Positions 16,602 to 26,693 of a stretch of 64,000 nucleotides of DNA are shown piece by piece. The number at the start of each line of letters is the position of its first letter. Position 1 is the first letter of the stretch. Origin of the DNA: a virus. The stretch spans positions 38,930 to 102,929 of IMG/VR virus record IMGVR_UViG_3300009130_000010; one strand, given 5' to 3'. Under the pieces are notes generated by a model that worked only from the letters and a program-made list of their open reading frames with translations, was not told the DNA's origin and searched no databases. The position numbers and the translations under genes were made by a program.

Positions 16602-17614
16602 TAAAGGTCCCTGTAAATTTCTCTTAAAAGATCTTTATCATAAAAATCACTTTGTACAGCATCAAGTTGACTATAAACAATACTGTCTACTGATTCAAAA
16701 TTAATTTCTACTGTCTCATCAACATTTGTATCTTCTAACTTTTGTTGTATTAAACTTAATTCACGTATAGGATATTGTTCCATAAAATTTTCTCTTATAA
16801 AATTAGCTTCTTCATAACTAATTTCAATATCAAGCATAACTCTAGCATACGTTTTTGGTAACAAATACTCTTCAGGTTTATCTAACAGTTGTCCTAACTT
16901 TAATGTTTTATACTTTGGAGCATCTGGCCATGCTGTATACTTGGGTTCTTTACCCCATTCTAAAGTCATTATACCACGCTCGTCATCCCAAGCATCTGAG
17001 TAATTGTGTGGGAAAGCATTACCAATATATGTAATGTTTCCTCTTGTTTGTCTTTTATGAAAATGTCCACTAAAGGCGTGTTCGACACCACCAAAGTCTT
17101 TGTCATGTAGTTCACCAACATCGGGCATTTGTACCATGGCATTCATATAAAAGTGAGGAAGCTCTAGGTGTCCAAACATATATTTGGCTTTTAATTTTTT
17201 AATACTTTTATGTTCGTCACCTACTAGCCATGGTACGATCGCCACGTCACCATCTACAGTAACGTCGTTGTAAATTTTTATATTTGAATAATTTTTAATC
17301 CAAGCAATTGAATTAAAATCTCGTTTATCACGATAATATTCATCATGATTTCCTGGAATGAAAATCATTTTTTCGAATGCTTTACTTAAAGCATCGATGG
17401 CTTTAATACTATAATTGAGTGTAGCAACATTAATTGCCGCCCTGTGATGGTGCCAATCGCCGAGGAATATACAAGTCTCACAGTCTTGTTCTTTACCTTG
17501 TTCAATAGCCCAATTAACGAAGTCTATACAGTCATCATTAAACAACGATGAATTGGACTTATTACCAAAATGAATGTCTGTAAAGGCTAATGCCTTTTTA
17601 AATAAATTTGCCAT
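16601..17614 (-). CDS. gp47: Recombination endonuclease nuclease subunit (Mre11/SbcD-like)
   Basis: TDIHFG, LGDWHH, GNHD, GHLE, SGHFH metallophosphoesterase motifs. Confidence 0.95.
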   Translation of the reverse strand: MANLFKKALAFTDIHFGNKSNSSLFNDDCIDFVNWAIEQGKEQDCETCIFLGDWHHHRAAINVATLNYSIKAIDALSKAFEKMIFIPGNHDEYYRDKRDFNSIAWIKNYSNIKIYNDVTVDGDVAIVPWLVGDEHKSIKKLKAKYMFGHLELPHFYMNAMVQMPDVGELHDKDFGGVEHAFSGHFHKRQTRGNITYIGNAFPHNYSDAWDDERGIMTLEWGKEPKYTAWPDAPKYKTLKLGQLLDKPEEYLLPKTYARVMLDIEISYEEANFIRENFMEQYPIRELSLIQQKLEDTNVDETVEINFESVDSIVYSQLDAVQSDFYDKDLLREIYRDL

Positions 17615-17634
17615 ATACCAACCTTATTATGACT

Positions 17635-17664
17635 ATTATACATTAACAATAATAGCTTTGTCAA
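17635..17664 (-). promoter_or_regulatory. Sigma70-type promoter for the gp47-gp46-proX-proW unit
   Basis: TTGACA (17659-17664), 18 nt spacer, TATAAT (17635-17640) on the minus strand, ~20 nt upstream of the gp47 ATG. Confidence 0.7.
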
Positions 17665-17698
17665 TCTTTTTCCTAGGAAGAATCCAAAATATTTCCAT

Positions 17699-18568
17699 TT
17701 AGTCACGAACCTTTGGCCAAGCATCTTTTTTGATACTAACCACAGGTCCATTATTCTCACCTGGTTTCATTTTCCCAGATTTAATTTCATTTTCTGTTTG
17801 TCTTGTAAAGCTAGGCATTAAACCTGCTTCTTCAAGAATATCATCTCTAATAATTTGATTACGTTTTTCTAAATTTAAAACTCTTGTAAAACTATTTGTA
17901 ATAGCCGCTGTATAATAAGCAAATGGGTTTTGTGATTTGGATTCGTCGAATTGTAATCCAATTTGACTTAATTGTAATAGTGCTGTACTTCTCATTTCAT
18001 CATTGTAAGTATAGCCACGCCAGTTAGATCTAGTAGCATAACGTTCACATAATTTTATAAACATTTTAGCTAATTCGTTATTAATAGCACCATGCTCTTT
18101 ATTAAAGAATCCATTTTCCATACCACCTTCCCAGTGACTTTTACCAATAATTATTAGCTCACCTTCTTCATTAAAGCGATAATGTTGATATGGTGGAAAG
18201 TTACATCGAACGTGTCGGTCAGCTATTGTTTTTGGGTTTTTCTTTCTACCTGGTTCTTCCGGTATATGCTCAAAAGTCATAATACGGAACACTACATCTG
18301 TTTTAAGAATTTTCTTCCAATCAACAGCAAATTCGGCTTGTTTTACTTTTTGTCCATCTTCGATGGCGGCTGTATAAGCCAATTTTGCTTGTCTATCTGC
18401 CCTATTACGTTTGGCTTCGGCTGTAGTTCTGATGTTTATTCTATCGATTGATGGCAAAATGATATCATATTGACTATCAGTTTCAGGATCAACATATGAA
18501 CTATAACTATTTTTACTATTCGCGATCTCTTTTAAGAGGTCTCTATTATTTAAATATTTTTTTCTCAT
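17699..18568 (-). CDS. gp55: Late-transcription sigma factor, T4 gp55-like
   Basis: YLNNRDLL, NWRGYTYNDEM, FDESKSQNPFAYYT, EKRNQ; start moved to 18568 (SD AAGGA); adjacent to gp47/gp46 as in T4. Confidence 0.85.
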   Translation of the reverse strand: MRKKYLNNRDLLKEIANSKNSYSSYVDPETDSQYDIILPSIDRINIRTTAEAKRNRADRQAKLAYTAAIEDGQKVKQAEFAVDWKKILKTDVVFRIMTFEHIPEEPGRKKNPKTIADRHVRCNFPPYQHYRFNEEGELIIIGKSHWEGGMENGFFNKEHGAINNELAKMFIKLCERYATRSNWRGYTYNDEMRSTALLQLSQIGLQFDESKSQNPFAYYTAAITNSFTRVLNLEKRNQIIRDDILEEAGLMPSFTRQTENEIKSGKMKPGENNGPVVSIKKDAWPKVRD

Positions 18569-18596
18569 AAATGTTTTCCTTTTATTATATACCCAT

Positions 18597-18625
18597 ATAA
18601 TAACACATATAAATACAAAGAGCAA
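18597..18625 (-). promoter_or_regulatory. Putative sigma70 promoter for the gp55-like gene
   Basis: TTGCTC, 17 nt spacer, TGn-TATTAT on the minus strand. Confidence 0.45.
18608..18615 (+). promoter_or_regulatory. T4 late promoter TATAAATA for the baseplate operon
   Basis: Exact consensus 35 nt upstream of ATG 18650. Confidence 0.7.
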
Positions 18626-18649
18626 GACAAAAAAAGGAAATAATTAGTA

Positions 18650-19690
18650 ATGGCAATTCATAACAGGACAAACCCACACGTTGGAGTAAGTCACCCCGAC
18701 AACTACGGAGCATACGTTACTGACGATGCTACTGGCAAAATAACTTGGCGTAATACTGGCCAAGGAGGCGGTCGCGAAGGCGGTCATGCTAACGTACACG
18801 GCGGTGCCGCGAGTTCTGGGTATAAAGAATTTAGAGGAGAAGGCGAAGGTAATTCAAAAACTGATAAAAAACCTATATCATCTAAAAATCTTAATACTCT
18901 TATCACTGATTTCTTTTCCAATTTTAGACAGCAAAATTTACGAAGTACAGTTCCTGCTGGTGCTGAAGTACCAAAAAGAACAAGGGGAAAAATAACAGAT
19001 AACCGAGTAAACGACACACATGAAAGAAGGGTAAAATTATCTCTCCCTGATGGTTTGAGACGTTTTTACAATGCTGACAACGGTGAAGAAGCTGGATTAT
19101 TAAAACCATTAATTGAAAGTAGAGGAATAATTTTTCCTTATACTCCTCAAATTATTATGAATAATACAGCCGTTTATAATTCGCGTTCCCCTGTACATAC
19201 TAATTATCCCTTTCAAATGTATTCTAACTCACAAGTGAGTACAATTAACTTACTAGTACAATTTACAGCTCAAAACGCCGAAGAGGCAAGATATGTTTTA
19301 GCTTGTATAACATTTTTAAGACTAGTAACAAAGAGTTTTAGAAACAATGATCCAGATGCTGGATCACCTCCTCCAGTATTACGATTATCAGGACACGGTA
19401 AAAATTTAATACCAAGGGTACCAGTAGTTGTACAAGACTTTGCTTTAACATTGCCTAACAATGTTGATTATATAACTATTGACGATAATCCATTACATGA
19501 TACTGACAGAAGTTTTGCTTTACGAGCCATGGATAGAGCAGGTAAAGAAATGGCTGTTGACAGGGTTCCAACAGTAACAGATATTTCTGTTACAATGATG
19601 CCTGTATACAGCAGAATGCAACTTGCTGATTATGATGTCCGAGATATAGTTTCAGGAGGATTGTTAGGTAACCCAGAAGGATTCTTATAA
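18650..19690 (+). CDS. Baseplate / tail-tube initiator protein (gp48/gp54-like)
   Basis: GIIFPYTPQI, HTNYP, GSPPPVLRLSGHG, PVVVQDF; first gene of the baseplate operon. Confidence 0.6.
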   Translation: MAIHNRTNPHVGVSHPDNYGAYVTDDATGKITWRNTGQGGGREGGHANVHGGAASSGYKEFRGEGEGNSKTDKKPISSKNLNTLITDFFSNFRQQNLRSTVPAGAEVPKRTRGKITDNRVNDTHERRVKLSLPDGLRRFYNADNGEEAGLLKPLIESRGIIFPYTPQIIMNNTAVYNSRSPVHTNYPFQMYSNSQVSTINLLVQFTAQNAEEARYVLACITFLRLVTKSFRNNDPDAGSPPPVLRLSGHGKNLIPRVPVVVQDFALTLPNNVDYITIDDNPLHDTDRSFALRAMDRAGKEMAVDRVPTVTDISVTMMPVYSRMQLADYDVRDIVSGGLLGNPEGFL

Positions 19691-19989
19691 TGGCTGATTA
19701 CTCACAAACTAGTCCTTATTACTCTACATCACAAATAAAACAAGAACTTCAAGTTTTAAATTATAGAGATATACCACACGAAGCTGATGACTTGTCTTAC
19801 GAGATAACAGCAGAATTTAATAATAGACCCGACCTATTAGCATACGATCTTTATGGAAATGCTAGTTACTGGTGGGTTTTTACAAACAGAAACCCTGATG
19901 TTCTAAAAGATCCAGTATGGGATTTCACAACAGGAAAAGTTATTTTTTTACCAAAGAAAAGTTCTATTAAAGAAGTACTAGGAACATAA
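19690..19989 (+). CDS. gp53: Baseplate wedge protein, gp53-like (LysM-like)
   Basis: RPDLLAYDLYGNASYWWVF...N motif. Confidence 0.8.
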   Translation: MADYSQTSPYYSTSQIKQELQVLNYRDIPHEADDLSYEITAEFNNRPDLLAYDLYGNASYWWVFTNRNPDVLKDPVWDFTTGKVIFLPKKSSIKEVLGT

Positions 19990-19990
19990 A

Positions 19991-22900
19991 ATGGCAGATA
20001 AAGCCTACCTATCATCAAAAGATTACACAGGTCATTATTCTAACATTGATAAACTTAATGCTGGAAGTATGACATTGAGTGCTGTCCAATTTGCTAATCC
20101 TAATATACCTATATACAAAGACGGTGTAACTGGCAAGTATACAGGTAGTCCGACAGCTAATTATCCAAAAGATATTAAAACTTGGTATAATACAAATTCT
20201 GCCAACGATGTTCTTGGTAAAAAATATATAGGACAATGGCCTTATAATGGTAATGGATCACTTACAAAAGCAGGTTATGAAAAATTTAAATCTGAAGTTG
20301 TAATTAATAAACCAGTAGCTGTTGATAGGGCTCTTTACGCCACTGAAAACAGAAAACCTGCTACTTCTAATGTAGTTCATGACATAGCACAACTAGATTC
20401 TGATATTAGAGATTCTCGAATAAAAGCAACAATGCTAATATCACATCGATTGAAGATGACAGAAAAGTTTACCACTTCGGGCTCACCAAATGCATTTAAG
20501 CCAGAAACTACATATATTGAGAAACAATATTATAATGCTTTAAACTTGGCTATTAAAGCCACAGCTTCAATTACTAAAGTAGGTGGTATTGAAAGAATTG
20601 AAAGACAAAAAGATCCTGAGAACAAAGTATTTTCATCTTATAATAAACTAGTATCATCTGTTACTGAAAAAGGTAAGGATGTACCTCCTAAAAATCTTAC
20701 AGCTGAAGAACTTGATAGTTCAGTACCACAGCCTGGAGAAGTAATAGAACATTCAGGACAATCTAACGAGTCAGAGGCAACTTTCGCCGCAAAATTAGAA
20801 GTAGCCAAAAGTGCTATTAATGACTCATCTGAAATAATAAAATCTATGAAGGACGCTAGTACTACAAGCGTCGCTATTACTACAGACGGTTTCCCATTTA
20901 GTGGAAACACAAAACCTACAGTTGTCGAAAGTGAAGTTGTTGATAAAAGTGATCCAAAAAACACTCAAAGTAAAACTGGCAGTACTGTATCAACTATAAA
21001 GAAAGAAAAGATGTTTGACAAATGGAGACAACACCCAGGTGGTACTCCAAGAGATAATATGCTACATTATTTTGCTAGTTATAATACACAATTTGATTTA
21101 TTCTTAATGAACCCAACTGATTATAATCATATTAATCAAAGTATAGCTATTGACAAATGGAACGAACAATTATTTTTTGATTTTACAAAATTACCAGAAA
21201 GATTATTAATAAGTTCTTCCGGTGTTAGAACCGACCATACAAAAAAAGGATCATCTAGTAATAGGTATTTTGCTGATAGAGATTATTTTATTGATAATGT
21301 AGCTGTCGAAAGTTATGTAGCACCAGGTAAAAAAAGTGGCGGTGCCAAATATACCAATTGTAATTTAGAAATATTCGAACCATATGGTTCGACACTATTA
21401 GAAAATTTAATTAGAGCAACAAATGATTCACCAATCGAAGGTGAATCATATATAGATATGCCGTATATGTTAAGAATTAAATTTAACGGGTATGACGAAA
21501 CTGGTGAAAAACTTAATACACGAATACCAACAAAAGCTAACGAATTACCACCAAATATGAGAGGTGAAACTGTTTACAGTCAAAACGATTATGGTGTAAA
21601 ATACTTAATGTTAAAAATTGGTAAATTTAATTTTAAAGTATCAAATGAAGGAACTACTTACCAACTCGAATTTTATAATTATAATTCTTTTGCTCTTGAA
21701 GATTATGGGGGAATGGTTTCTTCCAACCTTCAAGTTAATTCAACAACATTAGGACAATTTTTTGGTTTATATTCTGGAGGAAACTCTGATAATTCCAATC
21801 CAGATATCCATGGTAATGGTATTACAGCATATAGTTACGAAACACAACACTATGATAACCAATTTGGTTATGTTCAAAGTGTTAAAAGCACACCAGCAAA
21901 AAAGATAGCTGGACCTATTCAAGGTGTTGGCGACACTCCACAATACGACACTCAAAGATATTTACAAGGTATACCTGTAAAAAGTTATAGTGATGTTAAT
22001 GAAAAAGGTGAAATATTAAATAGCGATACTGGAGCATGGGTTAAACCAGACGGAATGGGACATAGATATCAAGAAGGGCCACCTTCAGTGCGAGAGAATC
22101 CTGATATTAATTCTTTTAAACCAAAAACACTTGTAAAGAAAGGAACGACCCAGAGAAGTTTTGATGCTATTTTAAATAGCATTGAAGCAGAAAAATGTGT
22201 ACCTGATCCGAAGACTGGCTATCAAGCCCAAGAATATGCTGACACATATAATTTTAAATTTAAAGAAGGTTTGTTTGACCGTACATTTTTAGATAAAAGA
22301 ATAGCAAAACCAGATTCTTTTGATATAAATCATGTACCTGTTTTTAATAATTTAGTTAAAGCGACATCTCCGTACATAGCTAATTGGACTTTTGGAATGC
22401 AAGAAGGATTTGAAACAGCATTTCAAATACCAGCCGGTAAATCGATTATGGAAGTTATTCATGCTGTTATTAGTTCTAGTACATTTATGACTGACCAAGT
22501 TGAAACTGTAACAATGTCAAATGTAGGACGAGGAAATAATATAAAACAAGACATGACAATAGTTGATTGGAAAGATACAAAGGATCAACCTATTATAGCT
22601 TATAAAGTTACACCTATTGTCCATATTGGTAAATGGGATAGGATAAGAAAAACATATCAAAAACATTACACTTACATTATAGCTTTATGTGAATTACAAG
22701 GTGAAACCGAAACTGATATGGGGAAATATGCTGTTACTGATGTTTGTAAGCAATATGATTATATGTACACTGGTACAAACAGAGATGTGTTAGAATTTGA
22801 TTTAAACTTTGACGCCGCTTATTACGAAACTAATGTTATAGGTGGTTGGACATCTAAACTAGCAGGACAAACATCAGCTGAAAAAACTAAAAAAGCAACG

Positions 22901-23815
22901 CTTCAAAGAAATGCTGATGCTTTCGCAAGTGCTTTTGTAACATCAACTAAAAATGTTAGAACAAATCAAACTAGATGGATGCCTGGTAGTGCTAGTGATT
23001 TCCAAGTTGTAAAAGCACAAAATCTTATGACAAGAATATATAATACTGGTGCTGATAGACTAGCAGGCGAATTAACAATAATTGGCGACCCAGATTTTAT
23101 TGTACAAGACGAAGGATTTAATCTTGAAGCTTTTGCTAATCATTATAGTCCAAACGGTAGTATAAGCACACACAAACAACCTATTATTTTAATAAACTTT
23201 TTAACACCAATTGACATTAATTCTAAAACAGGTACTATCTTTAATCCTAACGATTTAGCAAGTGAAGGACCGGCCGGACGGTACGGTACACAAAAACCTT
23301 CAACATCAGTCTTTAGTGGTTTTTATAAAATTATGAATATAACATCTGCGTTTGAAGGCGGTACTTTCCAGCAAGTATTAAGGTTAGTACGAGTACAAAA
23401 CCAAGAATATGATTATCCTGAAGGAAAATTAAGAACAGCAATGGGAGATGGTGCTGTAACTCAAAGCCCATTTAAACACGGCGTAACACATGACAAATCA
23501 TTACTACGACAATTAGATAACACACCTTTAACTGACGACGAAAAAGCCGCCAATAAAATTGCCGCTGAAGAAAGATTAAAAATGCATCAACACAATATCA
23601 AACATGGCTATGATAGGAAAGCTGTTTTAAATTATGGAAAACAAAAACCTAAACTTTCTGACGCTACTACCACAAATGTTAAGTGGACGGAAGGACCAGC
23701 TAGTCAATATAAACGCGAATTACCAATAACTCAAATTCAGTCTAGCAAATCTAATGTAACTGGAGTTCTACCTCCAGGGCTAAAAGATAAATTAAAAAAA
23801 GGTAATCAGTCCTAA
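19991..23815 (+). CDS. Large baseplate hub / tail protein (gp27-like C-terminal region)
   Basis: IFEPYG, PYMLRIKFNGYD, YDYMYTGTNRDVL, LTIIGDP, FSGFYKI...FEGG.F.Q.L; lies between gp53-like and gp5-like genes. Confidence 0.6.
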   Translation: MADKAYLSSKDYTGHYSNIDKLNAGSMTLSAVQFANPNIPIYKDGVTGKYTGSPTANYPKDIKTWYNTNSANDVLGKKYIGQWPYNGNGSLTKAGYEKFKSEVVINKPVAVDRALYATENRKPATSNVVHDIAQLDSDIRDSRIKATMLISHRLKMTEKFTTSGSPNAFKPETTYIEKQYYNALNLAIKATASITKVGGIERIERQKDPENKVFSSYNKLVSSVTEKGKDVPPKNLTAEELDSSVPQPGEVIEHSGQSNESEATFAAKLEVAKSAINDSSEIIKSMKDASTTSVAITTDGFPFSGNTKPTVVESEVVDKSDPKNTQSKTGSTVSTIKKEKMFDKWRQHPGGTPRDNMLHYFASYNTQFDLFLMNPTDYNHINQSIAIDKWNEQLFFDFTKLPERLLISSSGVRTDHTKKGSSSNRYFADRDYFIDNVAVESYVAPGKKSGGAKYTNCNLEIFEPYGSTLLENLIRATNDSPIEGESYIDMPYMLRIKFNGYDETGEKLNTRIPTKANELPPNMRGETVYSQNDYGVKYLMLKIGKFNFKVSNEGTTYQLEFYNYNSFALEDYGGMVSSNLQVNSTTLGQFFGLYSGGNSDNSNPDIHGNGITAYSYETQHYDNQFGYVQSVKSTPAKKIAGPIQGVGDTPQYDTQRYLQGIPVKSYSDVNEKGEILNSDTGAWVKPDGMGHRYQEGPPSVRENPDINSFKPKTLVKKGTTQRSFDAILNSIEAEKCVPDPKTGYQAQEYADTYNFKFKEGLFDRTFLDKRIAKPDSFDINHVPVFNNLVKATSPYIANWTFGMQEGFETAFQIPAGKSIMEVIHAVISSSTFMTDQVETVTMSNVGRGNNIKQDMTIVDWKDTKDQPIIAYKVTPIVHIGKWDRIRKTYQKHYTYIIALCELQGETETDMGKYAVTDVCKQYDYMYTGTNRDVLEFDLNFDAAYYETNVIGGWTSKLAGQTSAEKTKKATLQRNADAFASAFVTSTKNVRTNQTRWMPGSASDFQVVKAQNLMTRIYNTGADRLAGELTIIGDPDFIVQDEGFNLEAFANHYSPNGSISTHKQPIILINFLTPIDINSKTGTIFNPNDLASEGPAGRYGTQKPSTSVFSGFYKIMNITSAFEGGTFQQVLRLVRVQNQEYDYPEGKLRTAMGDGAVTQSPFKHGVTHDKSLLRQLDNTPLTDDEKAANKIAAEERLKMHQHNIKHGYDRKAVLNYGKQKPKLSDATTTNVKWTEGPASQYKRELPITQIQSSKSNVTGVLPPGLKDKLKKGNQS

Positions 23816-25383
23816 TGGCAAAGTATATTTTTAGAACAGATCCTAAAATGGCTGGCTCTAATTATAGAGCAGGAGAATTACCAGCTGGCCCATACATAGC
23901 AGAAGTAATGGCTATTGGCGACCCAACAAAAAATAATAGAGTTGCTGTTTCTATAATAGACCAAGACAATTCTGTTAGTAAAGATGATCCTGCCACATGG
24001 ATTGATGTTACTATTGCTTTACCTCATTATGGTGCTGTACCTCATACGACAGGAAGATCTAGTAGATCAAAAGACGAACACGACGGTGGTACTAGTTATG
24101 GACTAACTATATCAGAACCTGATGTTGGTACAAATTGTCTAGTTACTTTTGCTAACGGTGACAGGTCACAAGGTTACATTATTGCTTTTATTCCAAACCC
24201 ATTTCAAAGTGCTACAACTACAGGCAGAGGTATTGCTGTAGATAAAGAGCTAATAGCATGGACTGACTACGATAAAGAAGAATGGTTTAACAGTGGTAAA
24301 CAATTTCCTATCATAGAGAAAAACCTAAAAGCCGCAGATAAACCAAATTATTCTACTATTACAAAATTAAAATACGGCTTTGATAGACTTATGTCTAGAA
24401 TATTGTATGCTCAAGGATTATTATTTGATACTATTAGAGGTGTAACAAGTACTAGTACTGCCAGACAAGCACCTAAGGGTATGATTGGTATGTCTACACA
24501 AGGACGTAAACTACCAGACCCAGCTGACGATTCAGAGCTATTAGAAAAATATCAAAGTAATCCATACGGATTATCAACAAGTGAATTAGATATAACATCA
24601 AGAAAGCCAGGACATTCTTTTATAATGGATGATGGTGAAGTTAGTGGATCAAATGATTTAATTAGATTACGTTCGGGTACTGGGCATCAAATATTATTAC
24701 ATGATACAAAAGGCTTACTTTATATTGCTAACGCTTCAGGAACATCATGGATTGAAATGTCTAAGAGTGGTAAGATTGATATATTTGCTGGAGACTCGAT
24801 GAGCATTCATACACATGGAGATTTAAATTTAACAGCCGATAGAAATTTTAATTTAACAGTTGGTGAAGATGTTAATATTTCAGCTAGTGGTAAAGTAAAA
24901 TCACAATCTGGTAAAGGTACACATTTAACAGCAGGTGAATCTATAAGAACAAATGCTGGAACTAGTACAACAATTAATAGTGGCACATTTATGGCCAACT
25001 ATGCTGAGACAAATCAAACAATGATTGCTCAAGGAACTACTAACGTTGTAAGTAAAGGTATTCTATCACTTCATGGTACAGCAAATATAGGTATAGAATC
25101 ATTTGGTGGGAATGTGTTAGTTAAAGGTACAGAAATACGATTTAATGATTCTAGTGAAGATCATTGGCCGGATAAACATTCAGCTGATATTCCATTAGAA
25201 GCAACAACATCATCAATAACAGCTAGAATACCTCAACATGAACCATGGGACCAACACGAAGATTTAGATCCTATTGCTTTTACTAAAGCCGAAACAGCGG
25301 CAGGATCAGAACAACAAAGTGTATTCATAGACGGTAGCGGTACAGTACAATATTCAAAAGGTAACAAAACAGGACCGCAATAG
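23815..25383 (+). CDS. gp5: Baseplate central spike, gp5/VgrG-like (OB fold plus beta-helix), no lysozyme domain seen
   Basis: GPYIAEV...DP...RV, PDVGTNCLVTF, GHSFIMDD, IRLRSGTGHQILLHD, SWIEM..SGKIDI, RIPQHEPW. Confidence 0.8.
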   Translation: MAKYIFRTDPKMAGSNYRAGELPAGPYIAEVMAIGDPTKNNRVAVSIIDQDNSVSKDDPATWIDVTIALPHYGAVPHTTGRSSRSKDEHDGGTSYGLTISEPDVGTNCLVTFANGDRSQGYIIAFIPNPFQSATTTGRGIAVDKELIAWTDYDKEEWFNSGKQFPIIEKNLKAADKPNYSTITKLKYGFDRLMSRILYAQGLLFDTIRGVTSTSTARQAPKGMIGMSTQGRKLPDPADDSELLEKYQSNPYGLSTSELDITSRKPGHSFIMDDGEVSGSNDLIRLRSGTGHQILLHDTKGLLYIANASGTSWIEMSKSGKIDIFAGDSMSIHTHGDLNLTADRNFNLTVGEDVNISASGKVKSQSGKGTHLTAGESIRTNAGTSTTINSGTFMANYAETNQTMIAQGTTNVVSKGILSLHGTANIGIESFGGNVLVKGTEIRFNDSSEDHWPDKHSADIPLEATTSSITARIPQHEPWDQHEDLDPIAFTKAETAAGSEQQSVFIDGSGTVQYSKGNKTGPQ

Positions 25384-25392
25384 GAGTATAAT

Positions 25393-26343
25393 ATGTCAGA
25401 AGAAGAAGATTCAAAAAAAGAAGAAGTTAGAGTAGCAGTTCCTAGAACAACAGACGCAGAAGAATGGCCGTCTTATATTATATCTACTCCAACAGAAATT
25501 TATAGACCTATGACTGCTAATGAAACAACTTTTGTTACTAGTACAAGTGTATCATTAATGAGTTCTGCTAACACTAATGACGAAACAGGCATTATTGGAA
25601 ATGGTGATGTTCCACAATTTGGCCACATACCAGAACTAGTTACACCTGGCGAGAGTGGTAGTGTTAGATCAAATAGTAACATGGCTCTTTGGGCTGAAGA
25701 AGTTAAAAAAGAAGAGGAAGAAGAAGGCACAGGTATAACCAAAGCAAAATTTAAAGAAAATGTAACACTTGCTTCAATATCAGGTAAAGTAGCAGACCCT
25801 TCTTTTGCTTCAAGTGATTTAGATAACGTATTAACAGGATATTTAGGACAAGCTAAAGGTGGTGCTTGGAAAGAAAAAGCAACTACTTTAAATCCTTCCG
25901 GAGTTAACGGTGGTGCTAATATTGACAACCTTCATGTATGGTGTAAATTAGATCCTGAAAAGGGATGGCCGTGGTGTGCTAGTTTTGTTAGCTGGGCACT
26001 TGACCAAGCCGGCATAGCATCAATGAGAACTGCTAGTAGTCAAGCATGGCGAGGTTATGGTGTAGAAGTTGGCGTCGGTGATTGGTCTAAAGTGAGATGG
26101 AATGATCTTGTTATTTTTAGTTATGGCGGTGGAACAGGACATATTGGCTTTTATAGAGGATACAATCAACTAACTAGAAGAGTTAATATTTTAGGTGGAA
26201 ACCAAGGCAATGATTTAAACATTAAAAGTTTTGGTATAGGAAAAGTAACATCTATTAAACGTAACTGGATTCCATTTTCAGATGTAGAAACATATATTGA
26301 AAAAGATGCCCCTAAAGGTGGCGGTTATGAGGATACAAGATAA
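25393..26343 (+). CDS. NlpC/P60-like (TIGR02594-type) peptidoglycan hydrolase
   Basis: PWCASFVSW (catalytic Cys), GHIGF (His), ILGGNQ. Confidence 0.8.
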   Translation: MSEEEDSKKEEVRVAVPRTTDAEEWPSYIISTPTEIYRPMTANETTFVTSTSVSLMSSANTNDETGIIGNGDVPQFGHIPELVTPGESGSVRSNSNMALWAEEVKKEEEEEGTGITKAKFKENVTLASISGKVADPSFASSDLDNVLTGYLGQAKGGAWKEKATTLNPSGVNGGANIDNLHVWCKLDPEKGWPWCASFVSWALDQAGIASMRTASSQAWRGYGVEVGVGDWSKVRWNDLVIFSYGGGTGHIGFYRGYNQLTRRVNILGGNQGNDLNIKSFGIGKVTSIKRNWIPFSDVETYIEKDAPKGGGYEDTR

Positions 26344-26651
26344 TGGCCTTAGTAGCAAGAATGGCAGGATCAGGGGATACAGTTTTTACAACTCATCCTA
26401 TTTGTATTGTTCCTGGTGTTATTATGACATTAACAGGAAGTAGTGATGTGTTTGTAGCAGGACACGGAGTTCATAGAAACCTTGATTTAAATACACCACA
26501 TACACATTGTCCACCTGTATATTCTACACCTATAGTAACAAGTAGCCCAACTGTTTTTGCTAATGGAAACGGACTAGCAAGAGTTGGTGATGTTTATTCC
26601 TGTAGTGCCGTTGTCTTAGCGGTAACACAATCTACAGTTTATTCAGGATAA
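26343..26651 (+). CDS. PAAR-like spike tip protein (gp5.4-like)
   Basis: GSSDVFVAG, HTHC, SSPTVFANG..LARVGD..SC. Confidence 0.85.
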   Translation: MALVARMAGSGDTVFTTHPICIVPGVIMTLTGSSDVFVAGHGVHRNLDLNTPHTHCPPVYSTPIVTSSPTVFANGNGLARVGDVYSCSAVVLAVTQSTVYSG

Positions 26652-26653
26652 CT

Positions 26654-26693
26654 TTGTTGTAAAAATACAACAAATGTTGTAAAAATACAACAA
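26654..26693. repeat. Tandem duplication (20-bp period) of the palindromic unit TGTTGTA-AAAA-TACAACA
   Basis: Units at 26655-26672 and 26675-26692 fill the gap between the convergent PAAR and radical SAM genes. Confidence 0.9.

Noticed and set aside
18569-18625. N-terminal extension of the gp55-like ORF (also extensions at 3425, 12904, 27856, 52181, 56438, 57725 and 62830)
   Set aside because: Downstream ATGs have better SD, overlap or promoter context; the extensions run through promoters or upstream genes.
26654-26693. Mini-CRISPR reading of the tandem palindromes
   Set aside because: Only two units separated by 2 nt, with no spacer and no cas genes.
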